Shown here piece by piece: positions 17,708 to 30,362 of a stretch of DNA of 64,000 nucleotides (position 1 is the first letter of the stretch; the number at the start of each line of letters is the position of its first letter). The notes under the pieces were generated by a model. It was not told where the DNA came from and made no database searches. It saw only the letters and a list, made by a program, of their open reading frames with translations. The DNA is from Anaeramoeba ignava BMAN (taxonomy: Eukaryota; Protista; Anaeramoebae), in the NCBI GenBank assembly GCA_028826165.1, contig JAPDFW010000103.1, positions 62,001-126,000 on the forward strand, in the 5' to 3' direction. The position numbers and the translations under genes were made by a program.

Positions 17708-19255
17708 TCAATTGAAATAAATCTCCATCAATTCCGCTTCCCAAATTTCGCCTGCAGAAAAATAGTTATTAGCATCTTCCGAACAAGGAACTAAACCTTT
17801 TGGAACTTTAAAAGAAGACCCAAAACTTGATTTGCCAGATTTAAGATCTTGACCGATAATAAAATCGAAAGAGAAACAAGGACCTAAATCATTTTTGTAA
17901 ATCAAAGCAAACTTTTCATCATCATTTCTTAAGAATTTTTTCGTTTCTCCAAATTTCAAATCATAATTTTTAAGTGTGAAAATGAAAGCATTAGGATCCA
18001 CAATAAAACCACCATCATCAAAACTATCAATCCATTTGGATTTATCTGAAACAAAGCCTACTTCAGTGAAACCACCAAAAATAAAGCCTCTGGTTGTTTT
18101 GATCAATACCAAAGTGGGACCTTGATCATCGCACACTTCGTGGAAATTGTATTTTGCTTGGCCTTTATGGGATCTGAACTGGAGTTTAAGAGATGAAACT
18201 GAGGAATATCGTGTTATCCATTTGGTTAGTGAATTTATTTGCTTGTAATATCGAACAATTTGAGATTTAGCAAATGTTTTAGCGATTTTTTTCTCCTCAT
18301 TGTTTTTGGATTCGATGAAAATTTGTTGTAATTGAGTAATCAAGTCTCCTGATATAACTTGTTGTGATATCATTTCACGGATTTGTTTGGATGTGATATT
18401 TGTCTTGATATTTTTTTCAATATGATGGAAAAATCCTTTCATTTGGGAATTGAAAGACGAGTCTTGATGATGGTCACCGATTTTGAATTTATTATTTCTC
18501 AACCACCATTTTTCAAGAACAACAAAAAGTTTGGGATAATCTTTGAATTCATGATTCTTAGTTCCAATTTTCATTATATCCATAAGTTTGTCTTGAGAGA
18601 AATCAAGAATTTTCTCACTTTCAAGAAGAGATCCAAAGTTTTTCTGGATAATCATTTCACATTTTTGGATAAGTCCTGGGAAAATATCATCTGGAAAGTT
18701 ATAAACATCAATAACGTTCTCTATTGTTGTGAAACCGTGGGCATTAATCAATGAGAAAATGGGGGTTAATTCAAATTGATAAGCACAATTGAAAATTGGA
18801 ATCCAATTTTTTGAGTTGATATCGATTTTTTCTGTGTAAATCCATCTCAAAATTTCTTCCATTGCTTGTTCGTTAATTTCTTTAAAGATGAATTCTTTTT
18901 GGTTGTTTTCTTTGGACAATTTACAAAAATAAGGACATCTGCAAGAAACAATATTTTTATGGCAAGGAAATTGTCTTTTGGATTCACCAACTGTTATGAT
19001 CCAATCTGCATCTTTATTTTGATTTTTTCTCATTTTTTCCAAATCTTGAAATAATGTTTGAGTTTGTTTTTTTATAACTGGAATATTTTCATTTTCATTT
19101 TCATTTTCATTTTCAATTTCATTTTCATCTTCGTTTTCTGAATTTGATTCTGATTCGTTTTCGTTTTCATTTTCTGAATTTGATTCATTTTCTGAATTGG
19201 AATCTGATTCTGTTTCTGATTCAATTTTTGATGTTTTTTTTTGCTTTTTCAACAT
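17708..19255 (-). CDS. BTB-BACK-TLDc domain protein
   Basis: CHKNIVSCRCPYF BTB; FHEVCDDQGPTLVLIKT..FIFGGFT TLDc. Confidence 0.9.
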   Translation of the reverse strand: MLKKQKKTSKIESETESDSNSENESNSENENENESESNSENEDENEIENENENENENIPVIKKQTQTLFQDLEKMRKNQNKDADWIITVGESKRQFPCHKNIVSCRCPYFCKLSKENNQKEFIFKEINEQAMEEILRWIYTEKIDINSKNWIPIFNCAYQFELTPIFSLINAHGFTTIENVIDVYNFPDDIFPGLIQKCEMIIQKNFGSLLESEKILDFSQDKLMDIMKIGTKNHEFKDYPKLFVVLEKWWLRNNKFKIGDHHQDSSFNSQMKGFFHHIEKNIKTNITSKQIREMISQQVISGDLITQLQQIFIESKNNEEKKIAKTFAKSQIVRYYKQINSLTKWITRYSSVSSLKLQFRSHKGQAKYNFHEVCDDQGPTLVLIKTTRGFIFGGFTEVGFVSDKSKWIDSFDDGGFIVDPNAFIFTLKNYDLKFGETKKFLRNDDEKFALIYKNDLGPCFSFDFIIGQDLKSGKSSFGSSFKVPKGLVPCSEDANNYFSAGEIWEAELMEIYFN

Positions 19256-19442
19256 GAATTATATTTTTTTTTTTTGTTTTTGAAAAAATGAAAAATAAAA
19301 AAATGAAAAAAAGAAAGTGGAATATCAAAAATAAATCAAAAAAAAAAAAAGAAAAATCTTTACTTTAACTTTTCCAAAAGAAGAAAAGAAACAAAAACAA
19401 AACAAAAAAAAAAAATAAACGGAAATTGTGAAATTTAATAGT

Positions 19443-21119
19443 TCACTTCTCTATCAAAGATAAACAATGTTCTTTAAGACCACCATCAGGATTTAAACCA
19501 TAAAAATCATCAGCATCCAAAAGTTCATTTGCGATATCAAGATTGACAATATGATCTTTCTTTCCAGAATAAATAAATCTCATGAGCTGATCCAAAGCAT
19601 CCCAAGTTCTTCCGCTCATATCAGGAACGGAATTGGAAGAGTCCTCAACACATTGGAACATGCCACTATAAAGAGTGGTTCTAGCAGCAAGGATTTCCTT
19701 GTGAGCATATATGATTTTCTTGCTGTCAGAAGGAATGTGGATCTGAAAATTTTTTGAGTTGTGATTTTCATATAAATTTCCAAAATCTTGAATCAATCGC
19801 AAATAGTTTGATTCGAAGGAAATCAAATCGGGTTTCAGCCCGAATTTCTCGAGAATTTCAATCACTTGCTGTTTTTCTGCATGCGAAAGATTGCGTGTTC
19901 GGAAAACCCCTGAATAAATATACAAAATCAAGGAATCCAATTGTGAGTATTTGAGTTTTTTATTTGCGATCCAAAAAAATTGAGAAGAAACATCGATATT
20001 TCCGAATTGATCAGTTAGTTTGAGTCTTGCAGAGAGGATACTTCGGTGCGCCCTAATAGGAATGTTATCCAGAGAGAAAACCTCGAAATCTGTGAGAATG
20101 GACTCGCGATAGAACTTCTTCATATCAACTGACAAAGTGGGTTTTGATTCAAAATGAAGAAAGTAAAGATCGTTTTGGTAAAAATTATTATCGAACCCTC
20201 CAAACACACAGACGCAATCAGAGCTGATTTTAGCCGCATCATGACGGAGACGGCCAGTAATGGGATTGTCGGAGAGAGACAGAAGATTCCATTTCTTAGT
20301 CTCGAGATTGAATCCAAGAACATCAGTAAAAAACGAGTCGGTTGTAGTTGTATAACCCGAGATCACAAGTATATGGTTTCTGAAGAGAAGCCCAGCATGA
20401 CCGAATCGGTGGTACGGCCATATTTTGTTGTTGTCTTGATATTTTGTCGGCACTCTCTCGTCTTGTGATAAAGACATATAGTATTCTTGATTTTTAGTCA
20501 AAAGTTCTTTGTCCGTTATTTCTTCCCATTTGTCGTTTTTGAAATCATAAGTGAATAAAGAGGCCTGCGGAACAACATAGAATCCGCCGAAAATATACAT
20601 CTTGTTTTCATACACAACAGCAGTATTAGAGGACGTTATAAACGGAAGAGACGGCGATTTATGCGTCCACTTGCGAGTGTCAAAATCATAGCAATATAGC
20701 GCCCCATTTGAGTTTATACCCCCATAAGCCCAAATTTTATTGTCGTATATTACTGTGCTGTGATCGACTAGTCCCCCAGGGCTCGAGTCTAGTTCCTTCC
20801 ATGTGTTGTTTCGTGGATCAAATTCCCACAAACATCGTAGATGCTGATCTTCGGAACTGATCCCTCCTAATAAATAGAATTTGTCTTTGTAAACATCTAA
20901 TGAATGCGCTGATCTCGCACATGGGCTTTTGGTACTACTAGGCGTTACTAATTCCCATTTCAGTGTTTCTAGATCTAGTCGCTCAAGTGTTTCTATTCTT
21001 CCTGATAGAATTCTTCCCCCAAAAAGATATAAACTATTTCCGTACTTTATAATTCGGTGATTGCTTCGTTTTTGTACCGTTATTCCTTCCGTTTCGATTT
21101 TGGAACAAGTGAATTCCAT
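19443..21119 (-). CDS. Kelch-repeat plus double BTB protein (LZTR1-like architecture)
   Basis: Six GG-containing kelch repeats (LYLFGG, YIFGG, CVFGG), then AHRSILSAR and AHKEILAAR BTB motifs. Confidence 0.9.
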   Translation of the reverse strand: MEFTCSKIETEGITVQKRSNHRIIKYGNSLYLFGGRILSGRIETLERLDLETLKWELVTPSSTKSPCARSAHSLDVYKDKFYLLGGISSEDQHLRCLWEFDPRNNTWKELDSSPGGLVDHSTVIYDNKIWAYGGINSNGALYCYDFDTRKWTHKSPSLPFITSSNTAVVYENKMYIFGGFYVVPQASLFTYDFKNDKWEEITDKELLTKNQEYYMSLSQDERVPTKYQDNNKIWPYHRFGHAGLLFRNHILVISGYTTTTDSFFTDVLGFNLETKKWNLLSLSDNPITGRLRHDAAKISSDCVCVFGGFDNNFYQNDLYFLHFESKPTLSVDMKKFYRESILTDFEVFSLDNIPIRAHRSILSARLKLTDQFGNIDVSSQFFWIANKKLKYSQLDSLILYIYSGVFRTRNLSHAEKQQVIEILEKFGLKPDLISFESNYLRLIQDFGNLYENHNSKNFQIHIPSDSKKIIYAHKEILAARTTLYSGMFQCVEDSSNSVPDMSGRTWDALDQLMRFIYSGKKDHIVNLDIANELLDADDFYGLNPDGGLKEHCLSLIEK

Positions 21120-21189
21120 TTTATTTGGATCGAGAAAGAAAAAAATGAATTTTTCGAAAACGATTTTTTTAATTTTTTTTTTATTTTTA

Positions 21190-22560
21190 AGATTGATTTT
21201 AATTTATTGATTTTAAGATTGATTGATTAATTGATTAATTGATTAATTTATTGATTGATTGATTTTAATTTATTGATTTTAAGGTTGATTTTAAGATTGA
21301 TTTATTGATTGATTTTAAGATTGATTAATTGATTGATTGATTAATTGATTAATTGATTAATTGATTGATTAATTGATTTATTGATTGATTAATTGATTTA
21401 TTGATTGATTAATTGATTTATTGATTAATTTATTGATTGATTAATTGATTTGATTTATTAATTGATTTTATTGATTTTTAAATTGATTTAATTAATTTTA
21501 AATTTATTTTTAATTGATTTTGTGATTTTTTGGACAATTTATTGGTAATGATGGATTGGTGATTTATTGATTATTGACAATTTATTGATTAGTAATTGAC
21601 ATTGACAATTTTGATTTAATAATTAATTTATTAGTGATTTTGGTGACAATTTGATTGGTATTGATTTATTTGATTTTATTGACAATTAATTGGTGATTTT
21701 GACAATAATTTTTGATTAATTTGATTTATTTATTAGTGATTTATTAACAATTTATTGATTTTATTTGACAATTAATTGATTTATTGACAAATTTGATTAT
21801 TTATTATTTAAATTTGGTATTGATTGATTGATTTAATTGATTCAATGATTGATTAATAATTGGACAATTTATTGATTTGGTAATTTATTCAATTTTATTT
21901 TTAATTGGACAATTAGTAATTTGTGGTAATTAATAATTATTGATTGACAATTTTGGTGATTAATTTATTGATTTATTAATTAATTATTTTTTTAGTTATT
22001 GGACAATTGATTTGGTGATTTCATTGGTAATTTTATTATTGATTGGTAATTGGTGATTTGATTTTTTGATTTGATTTGATTTGGTAATTTTAACCAATTA
22101 ATTTATTGTAATTTGATTGACAATTTTAAAATTTTGACATTTGATTTATTGATTTATTAATTTTATTTTGCCAATTATTATTGTACATTATTTTGATTAA
22201 TTGGTAATTAATTATTATTAGTAATTTTATTTGATTGATTGATTTATTTGCCAATTTAATTTTGGTGGACAATTGATTTATTTATTATTGGTAATTTATT
22301 ATTATTTGATTAATTTATTGATTTTAATTGATTTTAATTTATTTATTGATTTATTTATTTATTTATTATTGGTGAAATTTTGGTGATTTGTAATTGATTG
22401 GTGGTAATTGATTGATTGATTGATTTTAATTGGTAATTTTAAAATTGATTTGACAATTGATAATTTGGGATTATTGATTATTGAATTGCCAATTTGGTAA
22501 TTGATTGTAATTAATTGATTTATTAATTATTTATTTAATTGGATTTATTGATTTTGAAAA
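21190..22560. repeat. (TTGA/TTAA)n low-complexity tract grading into irregular T/G-skewed sequence
   Basis: TTGATTAA-type tetramers, no ORF. Confidence 0.6.
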
Positions 22561-22599
22561 ATATTTTTGAAAATTTAAATTTTGTTTTTATTTTTTTTT

Positions 22600-23060
22600 G
22601 ATTGAATTTGATTGAAAAAGAAAAAGAAATCAAAAATGTGAAAATTAAATTGATTCAATTTCTTTTTAATTTTTTAAAGCCAATTTGATTAATATTGAAT
22701 TATCTTGATTATTTGGAAACTTCTTCATTTTTTTTATCAATTTAATTCCTTTAATTTTTATTGATTTATTCGATTTTCTTTTTGATTTTTGAAAATAAAT
22801 TGAAATTGAAATTAAAATTAATTTTTGATTTTTGAAATAATTTGAAATTAATTAATTGATTAATAATTATTAATTAATAATTGATTAAAATATTTGATGA
22901 TTTTTGATTATTTTTAATTTGATTTATTCAATTGATTCCATAAAGCCCAACAATTGTTTTTGAATAATTGATTTTGGGAAATTGATTGATTTATTTAATT
23001 AATTGATTAAATTTTAATTTCAATTTTTGTTTTTTATTGATTTTGAAAAATATTTGAAAA
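22600..23060 (-). pseudogene. Decayed duplicate of the last two exons and 3' flank of the BTB-ARM gene
   Basis: TCTTGATTATTTGGAAACTTCTTCAT and CCATAAAGCCC..CA match the 23156-23560 region with indels and GC-to-AT changes. Confidence 0.7.
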
Positions 23061-23155
23061 GAAAAAAAATAATTTTGTTTTTGGTTTTTATTGAATTTGA
23101 TGGGAAAAAGAAAAGAAATCAAAATCAAAATCAAAATTAAATTGATTCAATTTCT

Positions 23156-26100
23156 TTATAATCTTTTTAAAGCCAATTTCCCATAATATTGAATATCTTG
23201 ATTATTTGGAAACTTCTTCATTGCTGTTTTTATCAATTTAATTCCTTGTAATTTTTTTATTTCTCTTCGATTTTCTTTTTTGATTTTTTGAAAATAAATT
23301 AAATTGAAATTGAAATTAATTTTTTTGGATTTTTGGAAATAAATTGAAATTAATTAAATATTTTTTTGATTAATAATTAATAATAAATAATTAATTAAAA
23401 TATTTGGATTTTTGATTATTTTTTAATTACCTTTATTATTAGCAATATTCCATAAAGCTCCACATCCTTGTTCTTGAATATCTTGATTATTTGGGAAATT
23501 ATTCATTGATTTAATAATAGGTTCAATTCCTTTTAAATTTCTAATTTCAATTTTGTTTTCTATTTATTTGAAAATAGAAATTGAAATTGAAATTAATTTT
23601 TTTGGATTTTTGGAAATAAATTGAAATTAATTAAATATTTTTTTGATTAATAATTAATAATAAATAATTGATTAAAATATTTGGATTTTTGATTATTTTT
23701 TAATTACCTTTATTATTAGCAGAAATATTCAATAAAGCTCTACATCCATTTTCTTGAATATCTTGATTATTTGGGAAATTATTCATTGATTTAATAATAG
23801 GTTCAATTCCTTTTAAATTTCTAATTTCAATTTTGTTTTCTATTTTTATTTGAAAATTGAAATTGAAATTGAAATTGAAATTGATTGTTTTGGATTTTTG
23901 GAAATAAATTGAAATTGATTAAATATTTTTTTGATTTATAATTAATAATAAATAATTAATTAAAATATTTGGATTTTTGATTATTTTTTAATTACCTTTA
24001 TTATCATCAGCAATATTCAATAAAGCTCCACATCCTTTTTTTTGAATAACTTGATTATTTGGAAAATTATTCATTGATTTAATAATAGGTTCAATTCCTT
24101 TTAAATTTCTAATTTCAATTTTGTTTTCTATTTTTATTTGAAAATTGAAATTGAAATTGAAATTGATTTTTTTTGGATTTTTGGAAATAAATTGAAATTA
24201 ATTAAATATTTTTTTGATTAATAATTAATAATAAATAATTAATTAAAATATTTTAATTTATAATTTTATTTATTTTTGATTTTTAATTACCTTTATTATT
24301 AGCAATATTCCATAAAGCTCCACATCCTTGTTTTTGAATATCTTGATTATTTGGAAAATTATTCATTGATTTAATAATAGGTTCAATTCCTTTTAAATTT
24401 CTAATTTCAATTTGGTTTTCTATTTTTATTTGAAAATTGAAATTGAAATTGAAATTGAAATTAATTTTTTTTTGGATTTTTGGAAATAAATTGAAATTAA
24501 TTAAATATTTTTTTGATTAATAATTAATAATTAATAATTGATTAAAATATTTGAATTTTTGATTATTTTTTAATTACCTTTATCAGCAGCAATACTCAAT
24601 AAAGCCCCACATCCTTGTTTTTGAATATCTTGATTATTTGGAAAATTATTCATTGATTTAATAATAGGTTCAATTCCTTTTAAATTTCTAATTTCAATTT
24701 TGTTTTCTATTTATTTGAAAATTGAAAATTGAAATTGAAATTAATTTTTTTGGATTTTTGGAAATAAATTGAAATTAATTAAATATTTTTTTGATTAATA
24801 ATTAATAATAAATAATTGATTAAAATATTTGGATTTTTGATTATTTTTTAATTACCTTTATTAAAAGCAGCAATATTCAATAAAGCCTTACATCCATTTT
24901 CTTGAATATCTTGATTATTTGGGAAATTATTCATTGATTTAATAATAGGTTCAATTCCTTTTAAATTTCTAATTTCAATTTGGTTTTCTATTTTTATTTG
25001 AAAATAAATTGAAATTGAAATTAATTTTTTTTGGATTTTTGGAAATAAATTGAAATTAATTAAATATTTTTTTGATTAATAATTAATAATAAATAATTAA
25101 TTAAAATATTTGATTTTTGATTATTTTTTAATTACCTTCATTAAAAGACAGATTATTTAAAGCCCAACATCCATATTTTTGAATATCTTGATTATTTGGG
25201 AAATTATTCATTGATTTAATAATAGGTTCAATTCCTTTTAAATTTCTAATTTCAATTTGGTTTTCTATTTTTATTTGAAAATAAATTGAAATTGAAATTA
25301 ATTTTTTTTGGATTTTTGGAAATAAATTGAAATTAATTAAATATTTTTTTGATTAATAATTAATAATTAATAATTGATTAAAATATTTGAATTTTTGATT
25401 ATTTTTTAATTACCTTTATTATTAGCAGCAATATTCAATAAAGCTCCACATCCTTTTTTTTGAATATCTTGATTATTTGAGAAATTATTCATTGATTTAA
25501 TAATAGGTTCAATTCCTTTTAAATTTCTAATTTCAATTTTGTTTTCTATTTTTTTGAAATTGAAATTGAAATTGAAATTGAAATTAATTGTTTTGGATTT
25601 TTGGAAATAAATTGAAATTAATTAAATATTTTTTTGATTAATAATTAATAATAAATAATTGATTAAAATATTTGGATTTTTGATTATTTTTATTTACCTT
25701 TATTAACAGCAATATTCAATAAAGCCCCACATCCTTTTTCTTGAATATCTTGATTATTTGGGAAATTATTCATTACATTTATAAGAGGTTCAATTCCATT
25801 AAATTTTTTTATTTCTATTTGATTATCTTTAAATTGCCAATTGTTATTATTATTATTATTATTTTTAATATTATTATTCAAAAATTGTTTCAAAAAAATA
25901 AATATTTTACCTTCTTTTTCTTTTGTAAATTTTTGTAAAATAAAACATCCATTTTCTTGAATAATTTCATTATTTGGAAATTTATTCATACATTCGACAA
26001 TAAAAGGAATATCAATTTCAATTAATTCTTTTTTTTTAAAAAAATTAAATTAAATTAAATTAAATTAAATTTTCTTTTTTTTTGTTTTTGAGTTTGATTT

Positions 26101-27933
26101 ACTTTGATCATGTTGTTGAATTGAATTTGAAAGATCTTGTAAAAAATTTGTTGTTTTTTCTGTTGATTGAAGAATTTCTATTTTTAATTTTTGGTTTTCA
26201 ATTTCATTTTGAATATTTTTGATTTGTGGATTAATTTTTGAATAAAATTCATTTTTTCTTTTTTCAATTTCATTGTTAAATTCTTGAATTATTTTTTCAA
26301 TTTCATTTAAATTTTCATTTTTAATTTCAATTTCTTGAATTTTTTTTTCAATTTTTTCTAAATATTTATTTTTTTTAAATTTAATTCTATTTTTTATTTC
26401 TTGAATAATTTTATCTAAATTTTCATTTTCATTTTCAATTTTGTTTTGTTGAATAAATTCTTTAAATTCTTGAATTTCTTTCCTGTTTTTTTCAAATTCA
26501 TTTTTAAATTGTTGAATTGTTTCTTCAAATGATTTTAAATCTTCTTCTGTTTTTAATTTGGGAAAATTTATTAATTCTTGATATTTTTTATCAATTTCTT
26601 CCAAATTTATATTCTTTCTTTCTTTGAATTTATTTTTTATTTCTTCAATTTTTTTTTGAAAATTTTCTAAATCTTTTTTTCTATTTTGTTCAAATAAATC
26701 TTTCAAATTAATAATTCTTTTATTAAATTCTTGTAAATTTTCTTTTTTCATTTTTTCTTCATTTTGAATTAATTGTTGAAATTTTTCTTCAATTTCTTTT
26801 TTCCGTTTTTCATATTCTTCTTGAATTTCTTGAATTTGTTTTTTAATTTTTTCTAATTTTTCTTTTTCTTTTTGGATTATTCTTTTTTTCTCATAAAGTT
26901 GATTAATTTGAAATTCTGTTTTTTGATTTTCTTGTTCAAATTCTTCAATATTTGAATTTAATAAAACAGTTTTATTTTGAAGTTGGGAAATGGATTTATT
27001 TTTGATTTGTTGAATTTGAAATTGATTAATTGATTTTGTTTGTGAAATTTGATTTAATAAAGTTGAGAAAGAATTTTCAATTTGATTTTCATTTTCATTT
27101 TCATTTTCGTTTTCATTTTCATTTTGATTTGTTTCAAATTTAATTAATTTTATCAATTTTTTTTGATTATTTTGATTCCATTTTTGTTCAATTTGTTGAA
27201 TAATTTGAAGTTGATTTGTAATAGTTTGATTTAAAGAAATTAATCCAATAAAATTGTAAATTTGATTTTGATTTTGATTTAAATATTTATCAAAATTTGG
27301 ATTTGAAATGATAAATTGAATATTTTGGAAAATAAATTTTTCACAATTTTGAGAAAGATTTTTTGAATTAATTTCTTGAGATTTGAAATAAATTTCCAAA
27401 ATATTTTCAATATTAAAAATTGATTGAATTTCAAGTTCAATTTTGATTTGAATTTCTTTTAATTTAATTTGATTTGCAAATTTAAAATATTCATCAAATT
27501 TTCGTTTATCAAATTCAAATTTTCCATTATAAAAAAATTTAATAATTGGTTTAACAATTTCAGAACTAAAATTATTAAAATAAATTGAATTAAATTTGTT
27601 TTCTCTTCTATTTATCATAAAATATTTTGAACGAGCTTCTAAAATTGATTTATGACAAGGAATTAAAATTTTATCTTTTCCACAATAAATTTGAAAATTT
27701 GAAGTTTTTTTATTTCCAAACATTAAACCAATTTGTTTATTTGCTTGATTTATTAAGAATTTATTGAATTTTTTAATTTTGGATTGAATTTCTTGATTTT
27801 GAATTTGATTTGAATTTGATTTTGAATGATGTTTTGAATTTGATTGTTTTGAATTTGAATGATGCTTTGAATGATGCTTTGAATGATGTTTTGATTTCTT
27901 TGTTGAATCAATTTCTTTTGGAGAATCACTCAT
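23156..27933 (-). CDS. BTB - coiled coil - armadillo-repeat protein, 12 exons
   Basis: Exon 1 27933-26103 (CHKSILEARSKYF BTB, coiled coil); exon 26027-25911; nine ARM exons; last exon 23274-23156 with TAA; all introns GT-AG, phase 1. Confidence 0.85.
23280..25826 (-). repeat. Tandem exon+intron array, ~285-bp unit, one ARM repeat per exon
   Basis: Exons 25826-25698, 25545-25414, 25264-25136, 24987-24856, 24706-24578, 24419-24291, 24127-23996, 23839-23708, 23559-23431 (129 or 132 nt) with near-identical introns. Confidence 0.92.
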
Positions 27934-28333
27934 TTTTTCTTTTTATTTTAATTTTATTTTTTTTTATAAAAGGAAAATTATTTTTTAATTTGAATAAATA
28001 AAATAAATATTTGAGAAATAATAATAAATCAATAATAAAAATAATTTTCTTTTCATTTTTATTTTGGAATTAAATTTAAATTTAAATTTTTTATTGATAA
28101 TTTTTTGTTTAAATTAAATTTGAAAATTTATTTTTCCTCTTTTTTTTGTTTATTGAAATAATAATAAATTAATAAGTAATTAGCAATTATTTTGTTTTTA
28201 TTTCATTTATATTTTATATTTATATTATTATTTATTATTAAATTTGATTTTTATTTTTGTTAAATTGAATAATAAAAAAATATTTACTTAATTTTAAATT
28301 TTGAAAGAAAAAAATGAAAAAAATAAAAAATGG

Positions 28334-28900
28334 AATAAAGAATATTAAATAGTTAAATTTAGAATTAATTCTATTTTATATATTTTATTAATATTTCTTT
28401 ATTTAAAATAATATAAAATAATTCCCAATAATTTAATAAAATTAATAAAATATTTTAATTAATTTATTTCAAATTTTAAATAAAGAATATTAAATAGTTA
28501 AATTCAGAATTAATCCTATATTTTATATATTTTATTAATATTTCTTTTTAAAATAATATAAAATAATTCTCAATAATTTAATAAAATTAATAAAATATTT
28601 TTAATTAATTTATTTCAAATTTTAAATAAAGAATATTAAATAATTAAATTCAGAATTAATCCTATTTTATATATTTTATTAATATTTCCTTATTTAAAAT
28701 AATATAAAATAATTCTCAAAAATTAAATAAAATTAATAAAATATTTTAATTAATTTATTTCAAAAATTGAATAAAGAATATTAAATAATTAAATTTAGAA
28801 TTAATTCTATTTTATATATTTTATTAATATTTCCTTATTTAAAATAATATAAAATAATTCTCAATAATTTAATAAAATTAATAAAATATTTTAATAAAGA
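28334..28900. repeat. ~146-bp AT-rich tandem repeat, about 4 copies
   Basis: AATAAAGAATATTAAATA recurs at about 28334, 28479, 28625, 28770. Confidence 0.85.
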
Positions 28901-29157
28901 AAAAAATTGAATTTGAATACTATTTAATAATAATTTAAATTGAATTTTTTTTATTTTAAACTGAATTAATATTTTCATTGCTTAAATTAATATTTTTGAT
29001 TATTTATTTTTTGTATTTCATTGATTAATATTGAAAAAAGAAAATATTTAAAAATAAATTAATAAATTATTATTTTAATAATAAAATTAAATAATAAATC
29101 ATTTTTTAAATTAATTTCTAAATTAAATATTAAATCGAAATTATTCTCATTTTTTAT

Positions 29158-30320
29158 ATTTGATTTTAATTTTGATTTTGATTTTTATTTTGATTTTAAT
29201 TTTAATTTTGATTTTGATTTTGATTTTGATTTTGATTTTAATTTTGATTTTAATTTTGATTTTGATTTTGATTTTAATTTTGATTTTGATTTTGATTTTG
29301 ATTTTGATTTTGATTTTGATTTTGATTTTGATTTTGATTTTGATTTTAATTTTGATTTTGATTTTGATTTTGATTTTAATTTTAATTTTGATTTTGATTT
29401 TTGATTTTGATTTTGATTTTGATTTTGATTTTTATTTTGATTTTAATTTTTAATTTTGATTTTGATTTTGATTTTGATTTTAATTTAGATTTTAATTTTG
29501 ATTTTGATTTTGAATTTAATTTTAATTTTGATTTTGATTTTGATTTTGATTTTAATTTTGATTTTGATTTTTATTTTAATTTTGATTTTGATTTTGATTT
29601 TGATTTTTATTTTAATTTGGATTTGGATTTTAATTTTGATTTTGATTTTGATTTTAATTTTAATTTTGATTTTGATTTTGATTTTGATTTTGATTTTAAT
29701 TTTGATTTTGATTTTGATTTTGATTTTTGATTTTGATTTTGATTTTGATTTTGATTTTGATTTTAATTTTAATTTTTGATTTAGATTTTGATTTTAATTT
29801 TGATTTTGATTTTAATTTTGATTTTGATTTTAATTTTGATTTTGAATTTGATTTTGATTTTGATTTTAATTTTAATTTTAATTTTGATTTTAATTTTGAT
29901 TTTAATTTTGATTTTAATTTAGATTTTAATTTTGATTTTCATTTTGATTTTGATTTTGATTTTGATTTTGATTTTAATTTTGATTTTGATTTTGATTTTA
30001 ATTTTGATTTTGATTTTCATTTTGATTTTGATTTTAATTTTGATTTTAATTTTGATTTAGATTTTGGTTTTGATTTTGATTTTGATTTTGATTTTGATTT
30101 TGATTTTAATTTTGATTTTGATTTTAATTTTGATTTTGATTTTGATTTTTGATTTTGATTTTGATTTTGATTTTGATTTTAATTTTAATTTTGATTTTGA
30201 TTTTGATTTTAATTTTAATTTTGATTTTTGATTTTGATTTTGATTTTAATTTTGATTTTGATTTTGATTTTAATTTCAATTTTGATTTTGATTTTAATTT
30301 TGATTTTCATTTTGATTTTT
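29158..30320. repeat. (GATTTT/AATTTT)n hexamer microsatellite
   Basis: About 1.15 kb of near-perfect hexamer. Confidence 0.95.
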
Positions 30321-30362
30321 GAATTTATAAATTTTTAAAAATCATTTTTTTCTTTAAATTAA

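Noticed and set aside
29160-30152. ORFs of poly-IL and poly-DF
   Set aside because: Translations of the (GATTTT)n microsatellite; the same applies to 11497-11799, 33479-34024 and 57340-57594, which are antisense or alternate frames of NQ repeats
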